From positions 82,646,001 to 82,710,000 of the forward strand of contig OX597816.1 in assembly GCA_951406725.2 (NCBI GenBank): 64,000 bases of DNA, written 5' to 3'. A program made the translations under genes and the position numbers. This document shows, one piece after another, positions 1 to 12,484 of the stretch. The number at the start of each line of letters is the position of its first letter. Position 1 is the first letter of the stretch. Source of the stretch: Octopus vulgaris. Its lineage: Eukaryota. Below the pieces are notes generated by a model. The model was given only the letters and a program-made list of their open reading frames with translations, had not been told where the DNA came from and did not search any database.

Positions 1-513
1 AGAAGTTATAGAATGGGGATCTGCAAGAGCTTCAGCAGTTGATGCTACAATGATGCAATCTGACATGAACCTACTGATCTAAATGATGAGACACATGGAT
101 TCTAGAAATGGATAGTTTACTTGTGTGTCAAATGGGATGATTAGGAGGTAATGGGAAAGTGCAGATAGCTGACTCAATAAGATATTGAATAATTAATCAA
201 GAAAATTAGGATTTCTACCTTATCACTAGCATTGTGCTGTGTCTATAACCAAGATCCAAAATTCTCTGAACAGGTCCTTTATAATGGTACAATTCATTGT
301 TGAAAGTAATTACAATGTAAAATTAATGACTAGTTTTTATTGCTGAGTTGACTTATGGGAAAATTATCTTATCTGTTGACTGACAGTATATTCAAGTGAT
401 TTAACTTATTTTCTAAACATTACTGAAACCACAGAAAGTGGAGTGCATAGAGAAACAAATAAAATATTTGAAATTGAATGTCATTTTCTTTTTTTTTTTC
501 TTTTCTTTTGTAG

Positions 514-591
514 AATATTCGTGTGATGGCAAAATATTATACCAGGGTACGAATGAATAGGATGGCCCAACTGCTTGATCTCTCAGAAGAT
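514..591 (+). CDS. PSMD12: 26S proteasome non-ATPase regulatory subunit 12 (Rpn5), penultimate coding exon
   Basis: Polypyrimidine tract + TAG acceptor (511-513) and GTAAGT donor (592). The 78 nt translate [26 protein letters not shown], matching the PSMD12 PCI region ([24 protein letters not shown]). Confidence 0.96.
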
Positions 592-922
592 GTAAGTACA
601 ATAGTTTAATATAGACACGAATTGGGAAGAATGCGTGTATTTGTAGACAAGAGCTATGTGTACAGAAGAGGAGAGAGAATGTGTTTATATACTATATGAA
701 GTCACTGTTTGTGGCTAGTCTGAACATGAAAAAAAAGTTTGCAGTGAAATGTACTTAGTACTTAGAGTTTTTTGACTGGAAGCAGTACCTCTAAGATTTT
801 TCCTAACTAAAAAAAATTTAAAGTAATGCAACGATGTCTTAACTAAGAAGGGAGATCACTCTTGAGTAAGGGAATAATCTATAGCATTGTTAGGTTCTTG
901 TTGAATAAGAGCCTCATATATA

Positions 923-1764
923 AAGGGTGTCTCAAAAGTTACTGATGGATTTCAATTTTTAATAACTTCCTTAATTTTACAAATAAATGCATGAAATTTT
1001 GTACAATATAAAGGACATAATGGAAATTAATATGCACAAGTCAAATTTTGCGGCACCTCTACATCACACATGGAAAATGGCAGCCATTTTCGGCTTTGCA
1101 TGCTCGTGCTCTTTCCAAAACTTGCACCATAACACCCTCAAGAGTTTCAGACCCCACTTCTCTGATTTCTCTATTGATGTTCTCCTTCAGTTGCACCAGG
1201 ATCTCTGCTTTGTTGATGTAAACTCTCTTTCTTTCACAAGAAAAAAATCCAGGCTAGTCAAGTTGACATTGCTGTAGTGGGAGATTATTCTCTCTCCAAA
1301 ACACTGCCATAGCAACTGATCTGTTTCTCTTGCAGTATGAGCAGTTGCCCCGTCTTGCTGGAACCATGTGTGAGGTCTACTTTGAATGGCTTTCACATTT
1401 CTCCAGACTTGACTAGCCTGGATCTTTTCTTGTAGGGATACCTGAAAGAGACGATTTGCATCAACAAACTGGAGACCCTGATGCAACTGACGGAAAGCAT
1501 CAATAGAGAAATCAGAAGTGGGGTCTGAAACTCTTGATGTTATGGTGCAAGTTTTGGAAAGAGCACAGGTGGGCAAAGTTGAAAATGGCTGCTATTTAAG
1601 CGATGTCATTTTCCACATGTAAAGTAGTGGTGTTGCAAAATTTGACTTGTGCATTTTTATTTCCATTATGTCCTTTATATTGTATCAAAATTTCATGCAT
1701 TTATTTGTAAAGTTAAGGAAGTTATTAAAAACTGAAACCCATCAGTGACTTTTGGGACACCCAG
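923..1764. mobile_element. Tc1/mariner (DD41D/rosa-like) fold-back derivative with ~340-bp inverted arms
   Basis: TA flanks at 921-922 and 1765-1766. Ends are gggtgtctcaaaagttactgatgg / ccatcagtgacttttgggacaccc. Transposase remnants: WFQQDGATAHTARET...FGERIISH (- strand) and SPDLTSLDLFL*GYLKE (+ strand). Confidence 0.88.
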
Positions 1765-3264
1765 TATTATATTATCCTCTGGGTAATAATTTAAAGATGT
1801 CAAAGCTGTACACATTGTATTGAACTTGCTGTTGCTGACCCAACTCTAGACTAAGACACAAGTTAAAAAGTAAAATCTTACAATACCTCACAATAGTAAG
1901 TTATATTTCTCATTGCAATATTTTAGTTCAACACTGCAAAGCATCAAACTGTCAGTAATACAGTACTTCTATGGTTTGTGCTATGGAGCAAGAGATAAGC
2001 ACTTTTGAAATTCAGATTCCTAATTTTGATTCTTAGTTACTCTTTATGAAATGCCTTACATTAAGATAATAGTGATATATAGATAAATTTAATCAAGTTA
2101 ATATCGTGGAACTTTTTGTATTTTGATATCTGCAAGGAAATAATGGTAAGAAAAACTTTTCAGATAGGAAACAATTCTATCAGCATAAATTCAAAATTCT
2201 GTTAAATCCATTCTGTTGTGTAACTGAGCAAAACATATCATTGTGCTTGCTTCACTCTTACTTCACAGTTCACCATTTGTTAGGATGGAAAACTGATTGC
2301 AAAACAGAAGAAAGTTTGGGCAATGGGTTGAGTATGGACTATGGGGAAAATGTACAACATGGTTAATGGCAATGAGATTTTGACAGACAGATGTACTTGC
2401 ATTACCATTTTCTTTGACAGTTTAGTCAACTTCTTTAGTTGAACCTATACACTCAACTGGTGCCATCTACCATCATCTGTTACTAGTCAGATCAGTTCTG
2501 ATTTGAAATTCATCTGTAAAGCTGTTAGGTGTTTTGTCTTCTGATCAGTACCTGCTCAGCTTTGATGATCAGTAGCTGTATCTTTAGTCAACCATTAGGG
2601 TATTGTCATCAAATGGAAAATCAAAATGCATCAATCGGTTAATACTTTGTGGTCAAGGTAAAATGGGTGAATTTAAGTGGATCAGTTGAAAAGTTTAGAT
2701 TAGCGGAGTAAAGATAAATGTAAAAGAGACAGCAGAAGTATATAATCTCTTCATAGCCTAAAGGATGTAGAGTTTCCATGAGTTAAGACTCGTTTGTGAA
2801 ACTTTTGGCGATTGGGCATTGGAAAGAAGCCATAAAAATGAAAAATTGATTCAGTTTTAAATAGTGACATTCAAGTTGGTTTTAGATATATATTGTCCTT
2901 TCTGAGGTAGATGGTTTTCCAGGGTTTTTTAATTTTTAAAAATCTTGTTTTACAGACTGTGAACATATATTGAAGCAACAGATTTGATGAAGAAATATTC
3001 TGAAAGGCCTTTAATATTAAAGAATCATAAGTTATTACTGGATGGGGTGTGTTAGCAAAATCAGTCTTTGACAAAATGCCTTGTATTTCTTCTGGCTCAT
3101 TATGTTCTGAGTTTATTTTTAAGGTCAGCTGAGCCTTTCATTTGTTCGTGGGCAATAAAATAAATTGCTGGTTTAGTACTGGGTTGATTTCACTGAGTAA
3201 TCCATTCCCCTTGAATTGCTGGTCTTATGCCTATTAGTTTAATTGTATTTTATTTTCTTCACAG

Positions 3265-3474
3265 GAAACTGAAGAATTTTTGTCCAATCTAGTAGTCAAC
3301 AAGACGGTTCAGGCGAAAATGGACCGTCTCGATGGTATCATCAATTTCCGGCAACACAGAGATCCGAATAACATTTTAAATGACTGGTCTTCCAACATAA
3401 GTCGGTTGATGCAGTTAGTAAACAAAACTAACCATCTCATCACGAAAGAGGAGATGGTACATAAGTTGCATTGA
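3265..3474 (+). CDS. PSMD12: PSMD12 last coding exon
   Basis: ttttcttcacAG acceptor, phase 0, in frame with the previous exon. Translates [69 protein letters not shown], the PSMD12 C-terminus. Confidence 0.97.
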   Translation, partial: ETEEFLSNLVVNKTVQAKMDRLDGIINFRQHRDPNNILNDWSSNISRLMQLVNKTNHLITKEEMVHKLH

Positions 3475-3716
3475 TCTACATGTTTCAACATCATTATTCG
3501 TTGGCTTCTAAGAAAAAAAAAAGAAATTCTTCAAATTTTTCATTTACTGAAAAAAAAAATATAGGGAGACAGAATGCTTGAGTGTGAAAGTCCTTAAAAC
3601 ATTTTTTTATGTTAAGTATGATGTTTGAATGATTTTAAAACTTATAGATTTTGAAACTGTTAAGTTTTAAAAGATAAAAAAAAAAGACAAACTTATGAAT
3701 TGAAATTATAAGTTTC

Positions 3717-3722
3717 AATAAA
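3717..3722 (+). promoter_or_regulatory. Probable polyadenylation signal of PSMD12
   Basis: AATAAA ~240 nt after the stop, followed by ATTAAA/AATAAA and a T-rich downstream stretch. Confidence 0.6.
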
Positions 3723-5444
3723 TCTGATCATTAAATAAATACTTGCTTTTTTCATTTCATATATTTTAAGTTTATCATTCTTCATTTGTAATTTGTCACT
3801 AGGCAGGTCCACCATTGATCACTGGCTTACCAAGCCTATTATGACTTAACTTATTACTCATTTTAGCTAGCTGATTGGACTAGAGCAACACAAAACCAGT
3901 TTTACAATCATGTGTCTGACACCATAACCACTACGTACTTCCGTCATGTATACTAGTGACACATATATTGGCTGCAATCCTCCAGTATAAATTTATATTT
4001 TTTTTGTTCAGTGCCAGTAGAGTTACAAAATTGAAGGAGTACTTGCACTAGAATATTGATAAATTAATAAATCGATCTCCTCTTCCTTCTCCTCCATCAT
4101 CATCACTTAACATCCATTTTCCATGCTGTCATGGGCTGGGTGGTTTGACAGAAGCTAACTAGGCAGAAGACTGCACCAGGTTTCATTGTCTGTTTTGGCA
4201 GGGTTTTGATAATGAATATTCAGTTGCTCAATCAACATCTACTGAGCTGTCTACTCATTGAATTACGACATAAATAATTTGAGTATTCCACAAACACTTG
4301 CAGCCCTTAATGTAATTTGTCTACAGCAAGAAATTTTCTCCATAACAAAACCGAGTGAATGTCTTCCTTACAGGTTTGAATATGCCCCAAACCTATTTGA
4401 ACTGGTAATAGCTTTGTATTTATACTCATCACTTCTTAGCACTGCCACCCCATAATTTGTTTGCCGTGAGCTGCCAATTAGTGTTACTAGTCATTGTATA
4501 ATTTCAGAAATATCAAAGGAGATAATCTCTTAGTTCATGGTGCATCCTGTCCAATTTTTTGTGGATGAAGAGAAGATAACCACTCCAAAATGCATCCTGC
4601 AGTTTGAGTGAGTGACACTGCATGCTGATTCGTGTATTTACACCTATTTGTCTACAGCGAGAAATTTTCTCCATGACAAAACCATCATCATAAGCATGTT
4701 TGAACTGATAATAACCTTGTATTTATACACACCACTGCTTAATGTAACTTAAGTAGACTCAATCTGATACAATGTGTTTTTGGAGTGCTAAGCTGTTGAG
4801 ATATTTCATTCACTGAGGATTTGAATTCAATGATATTGTGGTTTAGCTTTAGGCTAACTTGGTTCCAGCTGTGGGCTTCCAGTTTTTTTGTTTGTTTTTT
4901 TCCCCACCAGCAAAATGTATGTAGGACTACACAGTTGAGAAAAATTTCTTGGTACTAAACCACAAATGTGTAGGGTGGGTTCTGGATAAGTGGTTTACAC
5001 AATCACTGAGTTCTATGCTTGATTCTACTCTGCAGCACCATGTTCAAGTGCCCTTCATCACAGTGACAGGTCATCTTGTAAGTGGAATGTTGTAGTCTGA
5101 AACTGCAAAAAACCTGTTTTTCTTTCTTTTATTTTTTTGTCTTTTTTTAAAAATCTTTTTCTTGTTTCAGTCATTAGACTATGGCGATATTGGGCCTTGA
5201 AGAATTTTAGTTGAGTGAATCGATACTAGTACTTCTTTTTAAACATGGTGCTTATTATGTTGGTCTCTTTTGCCAAACTGTTAAGTTATGGGGGACACAA
5301 ACACACCAACAGTCATTATCGAGGGGTGGTGGTGGGGACACAGATATGCACATGCACACACATTTGGGTCAAGTATTCGACTAGTTGCCTCCCACAAATT
5401 TCAGGCCTTGTGCCTATAGTAGAAAGGATTGTGTGTGTGTGTGT

Positions 5445-8197
5445 ATCATCATCATCATCATCATCATCATTTAACGTCCGCTTTCCATGCTAGCATGGGT
5501 TGGACGGTTCAACTGGGGTCTGGGGAGCCCGAAAGCTGCACCAGTCCAGTCAGATCTGGCAGTGCTTCTACAGCTGGATGCCCTTCCTAACGCCAACCAC
5601 TCCGAGAGTGTAGTGGGTGATTTTATGTGCCACCGACACAGGTGCCAGACGAGGCTGGCAAACGGCCACGCTCGGATGGTGTTTTTATGTGCCACCGACA
5701 CAGGTGCCAGACGAGGCTGGCAGACGGCCACGCTCGGATGGTGTTTTTATGTGCCACCGACACAGGTGCCAGATGAGGCTGGCAAAACGGCCACGATCGG
5801 ATGGTGCTTGTTACGTGCCCACAGCACGGAGGCCAGTCGATGCGGTACTGGCTACGGCCACGTTCGGATGGTTTTCTTGTGTGCCACGTGCCACCGGCAC
5901 TGGTACCACAAGGATACAAATTCCATTGATGTTCATCTATTTTGATTTGTTTTGATTTTGATTTTCACTTGCCTCAACAGGTCTTCACAAGTGTCACAAG
6001 AAGGAAGGTATGCACAGGTGGACTGACTACGTCCCAGTTAGGGGCCATGGGTTATGGCCTGACTAGTCTTGCCGGGTCTTCGGATGGTGTTTTTATGTGC
6101 CACCGACATGGGTGCTAGATGAGGCTGGCGAACGGCCACGATCGGAAGGTGTTTGTCATGTGCCCACCGCACTGACTACAGCACTGATGGATTTCTTGTG
6201 TGCCACAGGCACTGGTACCACAAGATACAAATTCCATTGATGTTCATCTATTTTGTCTATTTTGATTTGATTTGATTTGATTTTCACTTGCCTCAACCGG
6301 TCTTCACAAGTGTCACAAGAAGGAAGGTATGCACAGGTGGACTGACTAGTCTTGCCGGGTCTTCGGAAGGTGTTTTTATGTGCCACCGACACAGGTGCCA
6401 GATGAGGCTGGCGAACGGCCATGATCGGATGGTGTTTGTTACGTGCCCACAGCACGGAGGCCGGTCGATGCGGAACTGGCTACGGCCACGTTCGGATGGT
6501 TCTCTTGTGTGCCACCGGCACTGGTACCACAAAGATACAGATTCCATTGATGTTCATCTATTTTGATTTGTTTTGATTTTGATTTTCACTTGCCTCAACA
6601 GGTCTTCACAAGTGTCACAAGAAGGAAGGTATGCACAGGTGGACTGACTACGTCCCAGGTAGGGGCCATGGGTTATGGCCTGACTAGTCTTGCCGGGTCT
6701 TCAGATGGTGTTTTTATGTGCCACCGACACAGGTGCTAGATGAGGCTGGCGAACGGCCACGATCGGATGGTGTTTGTCATGTGCCCACAGCACGGAGGCC
6801 AGTCGATGCGGTACTGGCTACGGCCACTTTCGGATGGTTTTTTCTTGTGTGCCACCGGCACTGGTACCACAAAGATACAAATTTCATTGATGTTCATCTA
6901 TTTTGATTTGTTTTGATTTGATTTTGATTTTGATTTTCACTTGCCTCAACAGGCCTTCACAAGTATCACAAGGAGGAAGGTATGCACAGGTGGACTGACT
7001 ACGTCCCAGGTAGGGGCCATGGTTTATGGCCTGACTAGTCTTGCCGGGTCTTCGGATGGTGTTTTTATGTGCCACCGGCACAGGTGCTAGATGAGGCTGG
7101 CGAACGGCCACGACCGGATGGTGTTTGTTATGTGCCCACAGCACGATGGCCAGTGATGCGGTACTGACTACGGCCATGTTCGGATGGATTCTTGTGTGCC
7201 ACCGGCACTGGTACCACAAGCGGTACTGACTACTTTTTATGTGCCACCGACACAGGTGCTAGACGAGGCTGGCGAACGGCCACGACCGGATGGTGTTTGT
7301 TATGTGCCCACAGCACGATGGCCAGTGATGCGGTACTGACTACGGCCACGTTCGGATGGATTCTTGTGTGACACCGGCACTGGTACCACAAGCGGTACTG
7401 ACTACGGCCACATTCGGATGGATTCTTGTGTGCCATCGGCACTGGTACCACAAAGATACAAATTCCATTGATGTTCATCTATTTTGATTTGTTTTGATTT
7501 TCACTTGCCTCAACAGGTCTTCACAAGTGTCGCAAGAAGGAAGGTATGTACAGGTGGACTGACTACGTCCCAGGTAGGGCCCACGGGTTATGACCTGACT
7601 AGTCTTGCCGGGTCTTCGGATGGTGTTTTTATGTGCCACCATGTTCCCACAGCACGGAGGCGAGTCGATGCGGTACTGGCTATGGCCACGTTCGGATGGT
7701 TTTCTTGTGTGCCACAGGCACTGGTACCACAAAGATACAAATTCCATTGATGTTCATCTATTTTGATTGATTTTCACTTGCCTCAGCAGGTCTTCACAAG
7801 TGTCACAAGAAGGAAGGTATGCACAGGTGGATCGACTACGTCCCAGGTAGGGGCCACGGGATATGGCCTGACTAGTCCTGCCGGGTCCTCTCATGCACAG
7901 CACACTTCCATAGGACTCGGTCTTCAGTCATTTCCTTGGTGAGACCTAAAGTTCGAAGGTCGTGTTTCACCACCTTGTCTCAGGTTTTCCTGGGTCTACC
8001 TCTTCCACAGGTTCCCTCAACTGCTAGGGTGTAGCACTTTTGCACACAACTATCTTCAGCCATTCTTGTCACATGACCATACCAGCGCAGCCGTCTCTCT
8101 TGCACACCACAACTGACACTTCTTAGGTTCAACTTTTCTCTCAAAGTACTTACACTCTGACGATTATGAACACTGACATTACACATCCATCGGAGCG
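5445..8197 (-). mobile_element. 5'-truncated RTE-clade LINE (ORF C-terminus, expanded 3'UTR, (ATG)n tail)
   Basis: ORF 7980-8186 LREKLNLRSVSCGVQERRLRWYGHVTRM...VEGTCGRGRPRKT is the typical RTE C-terminus. (CAT)n run at 5445-5470. The 3' end is homologous to the copy at 60597-61100. Confidence 0.88.
5621..7890. repeat. GC-rich hierarchical tandem array (~63-bp modules within ~300-350-bp higher-order units, about 6 units)
   Basis: Recurrent ttttatgtgccaccgacacaggtgc..., cacagcacggaggccagtcgatgcggtactgg, and gatacaaattccattgatgttcatctattttg...cttcacaagtgtcacaagaaggaaggtatgcacaggtggac. Copies are highly similar. Confidence 0.95.
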
Positions 8198-8349
8198 GTC
8201 ATCCCATAAATAATGCAGTTTTTTCAGTTGCATGAAGAGGATGGGATAAACTACCTGCATCAACTTGCTATAAAAGCAGATAGTAATTTTACTTTTTACT
8301 TATTCTTACATATGTAGAAAATCGGTGTGTGTTTGTTTGTGACCTTGTT

Positions 8350-8960
8350 TTCTGTAACAGCCAGAGCAATCTTCTTCTGTCTCACCTTGGCAAGGAGCAG
8401 GTTGATCAATGATGTCTTTCCTGTGCCTCCAGGAGCATCTAAGAAGAAGACCCCCACCAGTGATATTATCCACAGATGTAAGAACTTGCCAGCATACCTC
8501 ATTTTCATCCCATACCAGAATTGGTTCCTTTTCATTGACAATTGCTTGCAAACTTTCCATGTATGATGCTTCCCTGATTATCTCTTGTGCTAATCTGTGT
8601 TGAACATCTCTGACAGGTACTGGAAGACCATAGATTTCAAGTTTGTTTCCACCCAGTAACTGAACCTTGTCTCCTATTAATCTTAATGCCTCATTGAAGA
8701 TGTCATCATTCAACGTGACATCACTGTCACACTGATTTTGAATTCTTTGAAGAATGTCTTCAGAAAGCTCCTCGTTTTATACCAAAGTTGATTTGGATTT
8801 GACAATCCACAGTTCACCAGCAAGATGGAGAAGAGTTTCTCAGCTGCATAGGTAACTTGTACATTTGTGCCTGTCAGAGTGGCATCTCAGTGTGCATCAT
8901 CTTCCAGAAGACCTCTGAGATAGCAAGCCTGGTGATATGTTTGACATACTGTTATCAACG
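8350..8960 (-). mobile_element. Helitron RepHel (PIF1 helicase N-terminal part) pseudogenic fragment
   Basis: Frameshifted pieces TYHQACYLRGLLEDDAH, DIFNEALRLIGDKVQLLGGNKLEIYGLPVP and FFLDAPGGTGKTSLINLLLAKVRQ (Walker A), all characteristic of Helitron helicases. Confidence 0.9.
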
Positions 8961-10420
8961 GTACATAAGGGTGTAATTGATGTGGGTCCCTTGACATGGT
9001 GTAATTAAGCCTTAGATAGTAGGACTCTAAGTAGTTTTTGAGAACTGTTCCCCACTCGAGGGTGTTTAGGAACAAGTCATCCATATTTGTTTTATTTTCT
9101 CCATTTTATGTATCCATAGAATTCTACCACACACACACACACAAACATGTAATTAAAAAAATTCAAACGGGGACTTATTCCATTCAGTATCATGTTTATC
9201 ATAGAGATTGTATAACAAATTATACTTTACACTTCTATATTTAGCTGTGCATGTATATTCCTTATTTTTGCTTCTGGTGTCTTCTGCCTTTCTATTAGAA
9301 ACGTTTACCTGGGAATTTACTTAAAGTGAAAAAAATCATATGCAACAGATAAGTCATCTTAACATATTTCTGTGTACCAGACCTTTAGATGTTATTTTTA
9401 GCATAACAAGTTATCTGGTGAGGGCTTCAATTGCCTTCATCGCCTATTTGTTGCTTCAGTAAAAATCTACAGATGCACAAAATGAAACAAATATGGATGG
9501 CTTGTTCCGAAACACCCCCGAGTAGGGAACACTTCTCAAAAATAACCCCCAATTGTTTTCCCACAAAATTCCTGTCCTTGGAATGTACATAGCCTGAGGT
9601 ATATTTTTAGATAATTTCATTAAAAAATCTCCATTGTCTTGAAAGTTAAGATGAATTGAAGCGGACTCCAGTGAATTTTCAAAAAAAACCCACCCCTCCT
9701 AAAACACTCCTGCCCAAAAAAAATTGTATATCCGAAATCTACATGATATAACACATATTCGTAGAAAGTTTCATTAAAAAATATGCATTTTTCTGAAAGT
9801 TATGATCATTGAAAATGTGTGTGGGGAAGAAATCTGTAGTTATGCCGACAAATTTGACACTTTCCTTCTAGGCATGGTTATATATGTATACAGAAATACA
9901 TGAGTGCAGAAGATAAACAATGAAAATAACAAGTATGGTACAGGTTGAAGTGAAATTTGTCAGTTAGTGAACCAAAGAGCCAGTATCAAAGGAACCAGCA
10001 AGAAACTGTCAACAACAGAAAAGCACAAAGCCATAGGGATTGAATTGAAATTTATGAAGATACTTCTGTCAGTAAATTATGAAATTACTTACATCAGTAA
10101 TTGTGAACTTCTTTCTGTCAGTAATTTGTTGTTGTTTGTTTGTAAACAGCGATTGAAAACTTCAACTTACAGTGAAAACAATAACATGGAAGTTAAACAA
10201 TGGAGTGTGAAAATTGAAAGTGGAAAGAATAGTGTCTGAAAAATGAAAGTGCAAACAAGAGATATAGAGAGATGTGTTACAGAGATAGTTAGAGGGATAT
10301 ATACATAAAGAGAGATGTTATATCACTGATGCTAGAAAACTGGAAGTAAATATTTTAAAAACTTTCAAAGACGTGAATGTAATATAGAAAGCAATATTTT
10401 TTAGTTTTAATAATTGTTAA

Positions 10421-10646
10421 TAAAAAAATCAAATGAACAGCCTATTATTTGTCCGAGGTCAAATTCTTCATGCATCACAAGTATGAAAAGTAAATACGCA
10501 TACATCTCTATCTTGTATATTAATTAAAAAAATCAAATGAACAGCTTATTATTTGTCTGAGGTCAAATTATTCATGCATCACAAGTATGAAAAGTAAATA
10601 CGCATACATCTCTATTTTATATATTATTAGATTAGATTAGATTAGA
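10421..10646 (-). repeat. 104-bp tandem duplication plus (ATTAG)4, resembling a Helitron 5' terminus
   Basis: Two near-identical copies at 10421-10524 and 10525-10628. The minus strand reads a|TCTAAT...AATATATAAAATAGAGATG. Confidence 0.65.
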
Positions 10647-10860
10647 TAATTACATACATAATACACACTAATTTTGTCACATGTCTTTCTCAGACAACTA
10701 TTTACATACCTTGTATGTGGGAACACTTGCAGTTATTAAAATTCATCATTTAAAAATCATATCTTCAAAAAGGTAGTTTTTATTGCTTTACACTTAAATT
10801 TAATAATATTTATAAAATATGCAGGTTTTATGATCTATGAACTGAAGTGTTCATTTTTAA

Positions 10861-10895
<35 letters not shown>

Positions 10896-11841
10896 ATCTA
10901 CTTTTTACTCAGATACATAGAGTCTATTCAGGTTTAGTCCTAGATTAATGTTTAAAAACATTTAAACTGCAGAACAGAGGTGAAAGTTTAGCATTTCTCA
11001 TATAGTAGATGAAATTTACTACATCTAAACAGCCATATTTTGCTTTTTGTAGCATTAGCTAAATTTACATTACTTATCTTAGCATAAGCTCACATTACAA
11101 CAGTCCTCCAGTCTTTCCCACTTAATTTACTAACATAACACACAATGCAAGTGACATATTCACATACTTGAAATATGTAAAAAGAAGAAAAATTTTCACA
11201 CTGAAACAAATAGATTTTTGTGAGGAATAAAACCCATCCCATTTTATTACATAACTCATCCCATTTTATTGCATTTGTAGGTGACCTAATATTAACCAAT
11301 TACTGAAGGAAAACAAGGAAATTTTCCGCCATGTATGTAATCAGTATCTGAATGTATGTTGCACTGTTAACTATTACAGCCAACTAACTGAAAAATTGTT
11401 CTTGCTAAGCACCTTTGTGTGTAACTGATAATTTTCATAGCCTACTTTTAATGTAACTAATTCAGTTTTACACATAACCTTGCACTTGTCAAACATATAG
11501 AGACAACTTGCTAAAAAGGCAAAATTGTCTCAGAAGATTCAATTTATTTCATCAATGATTGTTAACATTAATAATCCTGTCTATTATTGGCACAAGGCCT
11601 AAAACTTTGGGGAGGGAGCTAGTCAGTTACATTGCTTCTGAAGGAATGAAAGGCAAAGTTGACTTCAGCAGCATTTGAACCCAGAATATAAAGACAGATG
11701 AAATGTCACTAAACATTTTATCCAACATGCTAACAATTCTGCCGGCTTTCCACCTTATTGTTAACATTAATAGCCCTTCCTATTATAGGCACATGGACTG
11801 AAATTTTGGAGAGGGGTTAGCCAATTACATCAACTCCAGCA

Positions 11842-11877
<36 letters not shown>

Positions 11878-11997
11878 ATGATGATATTACATATAACTAT
11901 CATGTCCAACTTGACTATTTTATGAAGAAATAAGTGTTAGGTATGTCAACATATATCTTTTCTATCTTTTATCTTTCACTTGTTTCAGTCATTAGAC

Positions 11998-12066
11998 CAG
12001 TGCTTCTCAACCGGGGTTACCTGGAACCCTTGGGTTCTACAAAAGGTTCCTAGGGGTTCTGCAAGA
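11998..12066. mobile_element. Orphan hAT-like terminal fragment
   Basis: CAGTGCTTCTCAACCGGGG terminus with ggaaccc/gggttc subterminal motifs. No partner end identified. Confidence 0.5.
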
Positions 12067-12180
12067 AAGAGTGAGATAAACTAATGCTAATTTCATGATC
12101 ATAATATTATTATACATGCATATTATGTGTGCATATACATACATTATATATAATTACATATATATATATATATATATATA

Positions 12181-12484
12181 CAGGCATACCTCAACCTACA
12201 TCGTTAATTGGTTCCAGTAGACACACTTAAGTTAAAAATGACTGAAGTCAAATTAACTTGTTTCTGGGCTAAACCAACAATTGCCTCCCAACATAATGGT
12301 CACATGTTCTTTGAAGACCTTGTAGCCTGGAAGAGTTTTCTCCTCCTTGGAAATGAATGAACGGTCTGGCAATTTTTTCCAATACAATCCAGTTTCATCT
12401 ATGTTAAAAATTTGTTTGGGAAAAAAACCGTTTTCTTCAATGATTTTCTTTAATGCATTAAGAAATTCCGCTGCTGCTTGTTCT
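12181..12484 (-). mobile_element. Tigger/pogo transposon remnant (one TIR + DDE fragment)
   Basis: CAGGCATACCTC terminus directly after a (TA)n run. Peptide AAAEFLNALKKIIEENGFFPKQIFNIDETGLYWKKLPDRSFISKEEKTLPGYK...VTIMLGGN is Tigger/TIGD-like. Confidence 0.88.

Noticed and set aside
5960-6000. Hammerhead-like ctgttgaggcaagtgaaa on the minus strand of the array module
   Set aside because: The core deviates from CUGANGA, there is no stem II, and related RTE copies read ctgtcaagccaagtgaaa, so the motif is not conserved.
5471-7750. Many overlapping Cys/His/Arg-rich ORFs
   Set aside because: By-products of a GC-rich tandem array within a LINE 3'UTR, open in several frames on both strands with no domain similarity.
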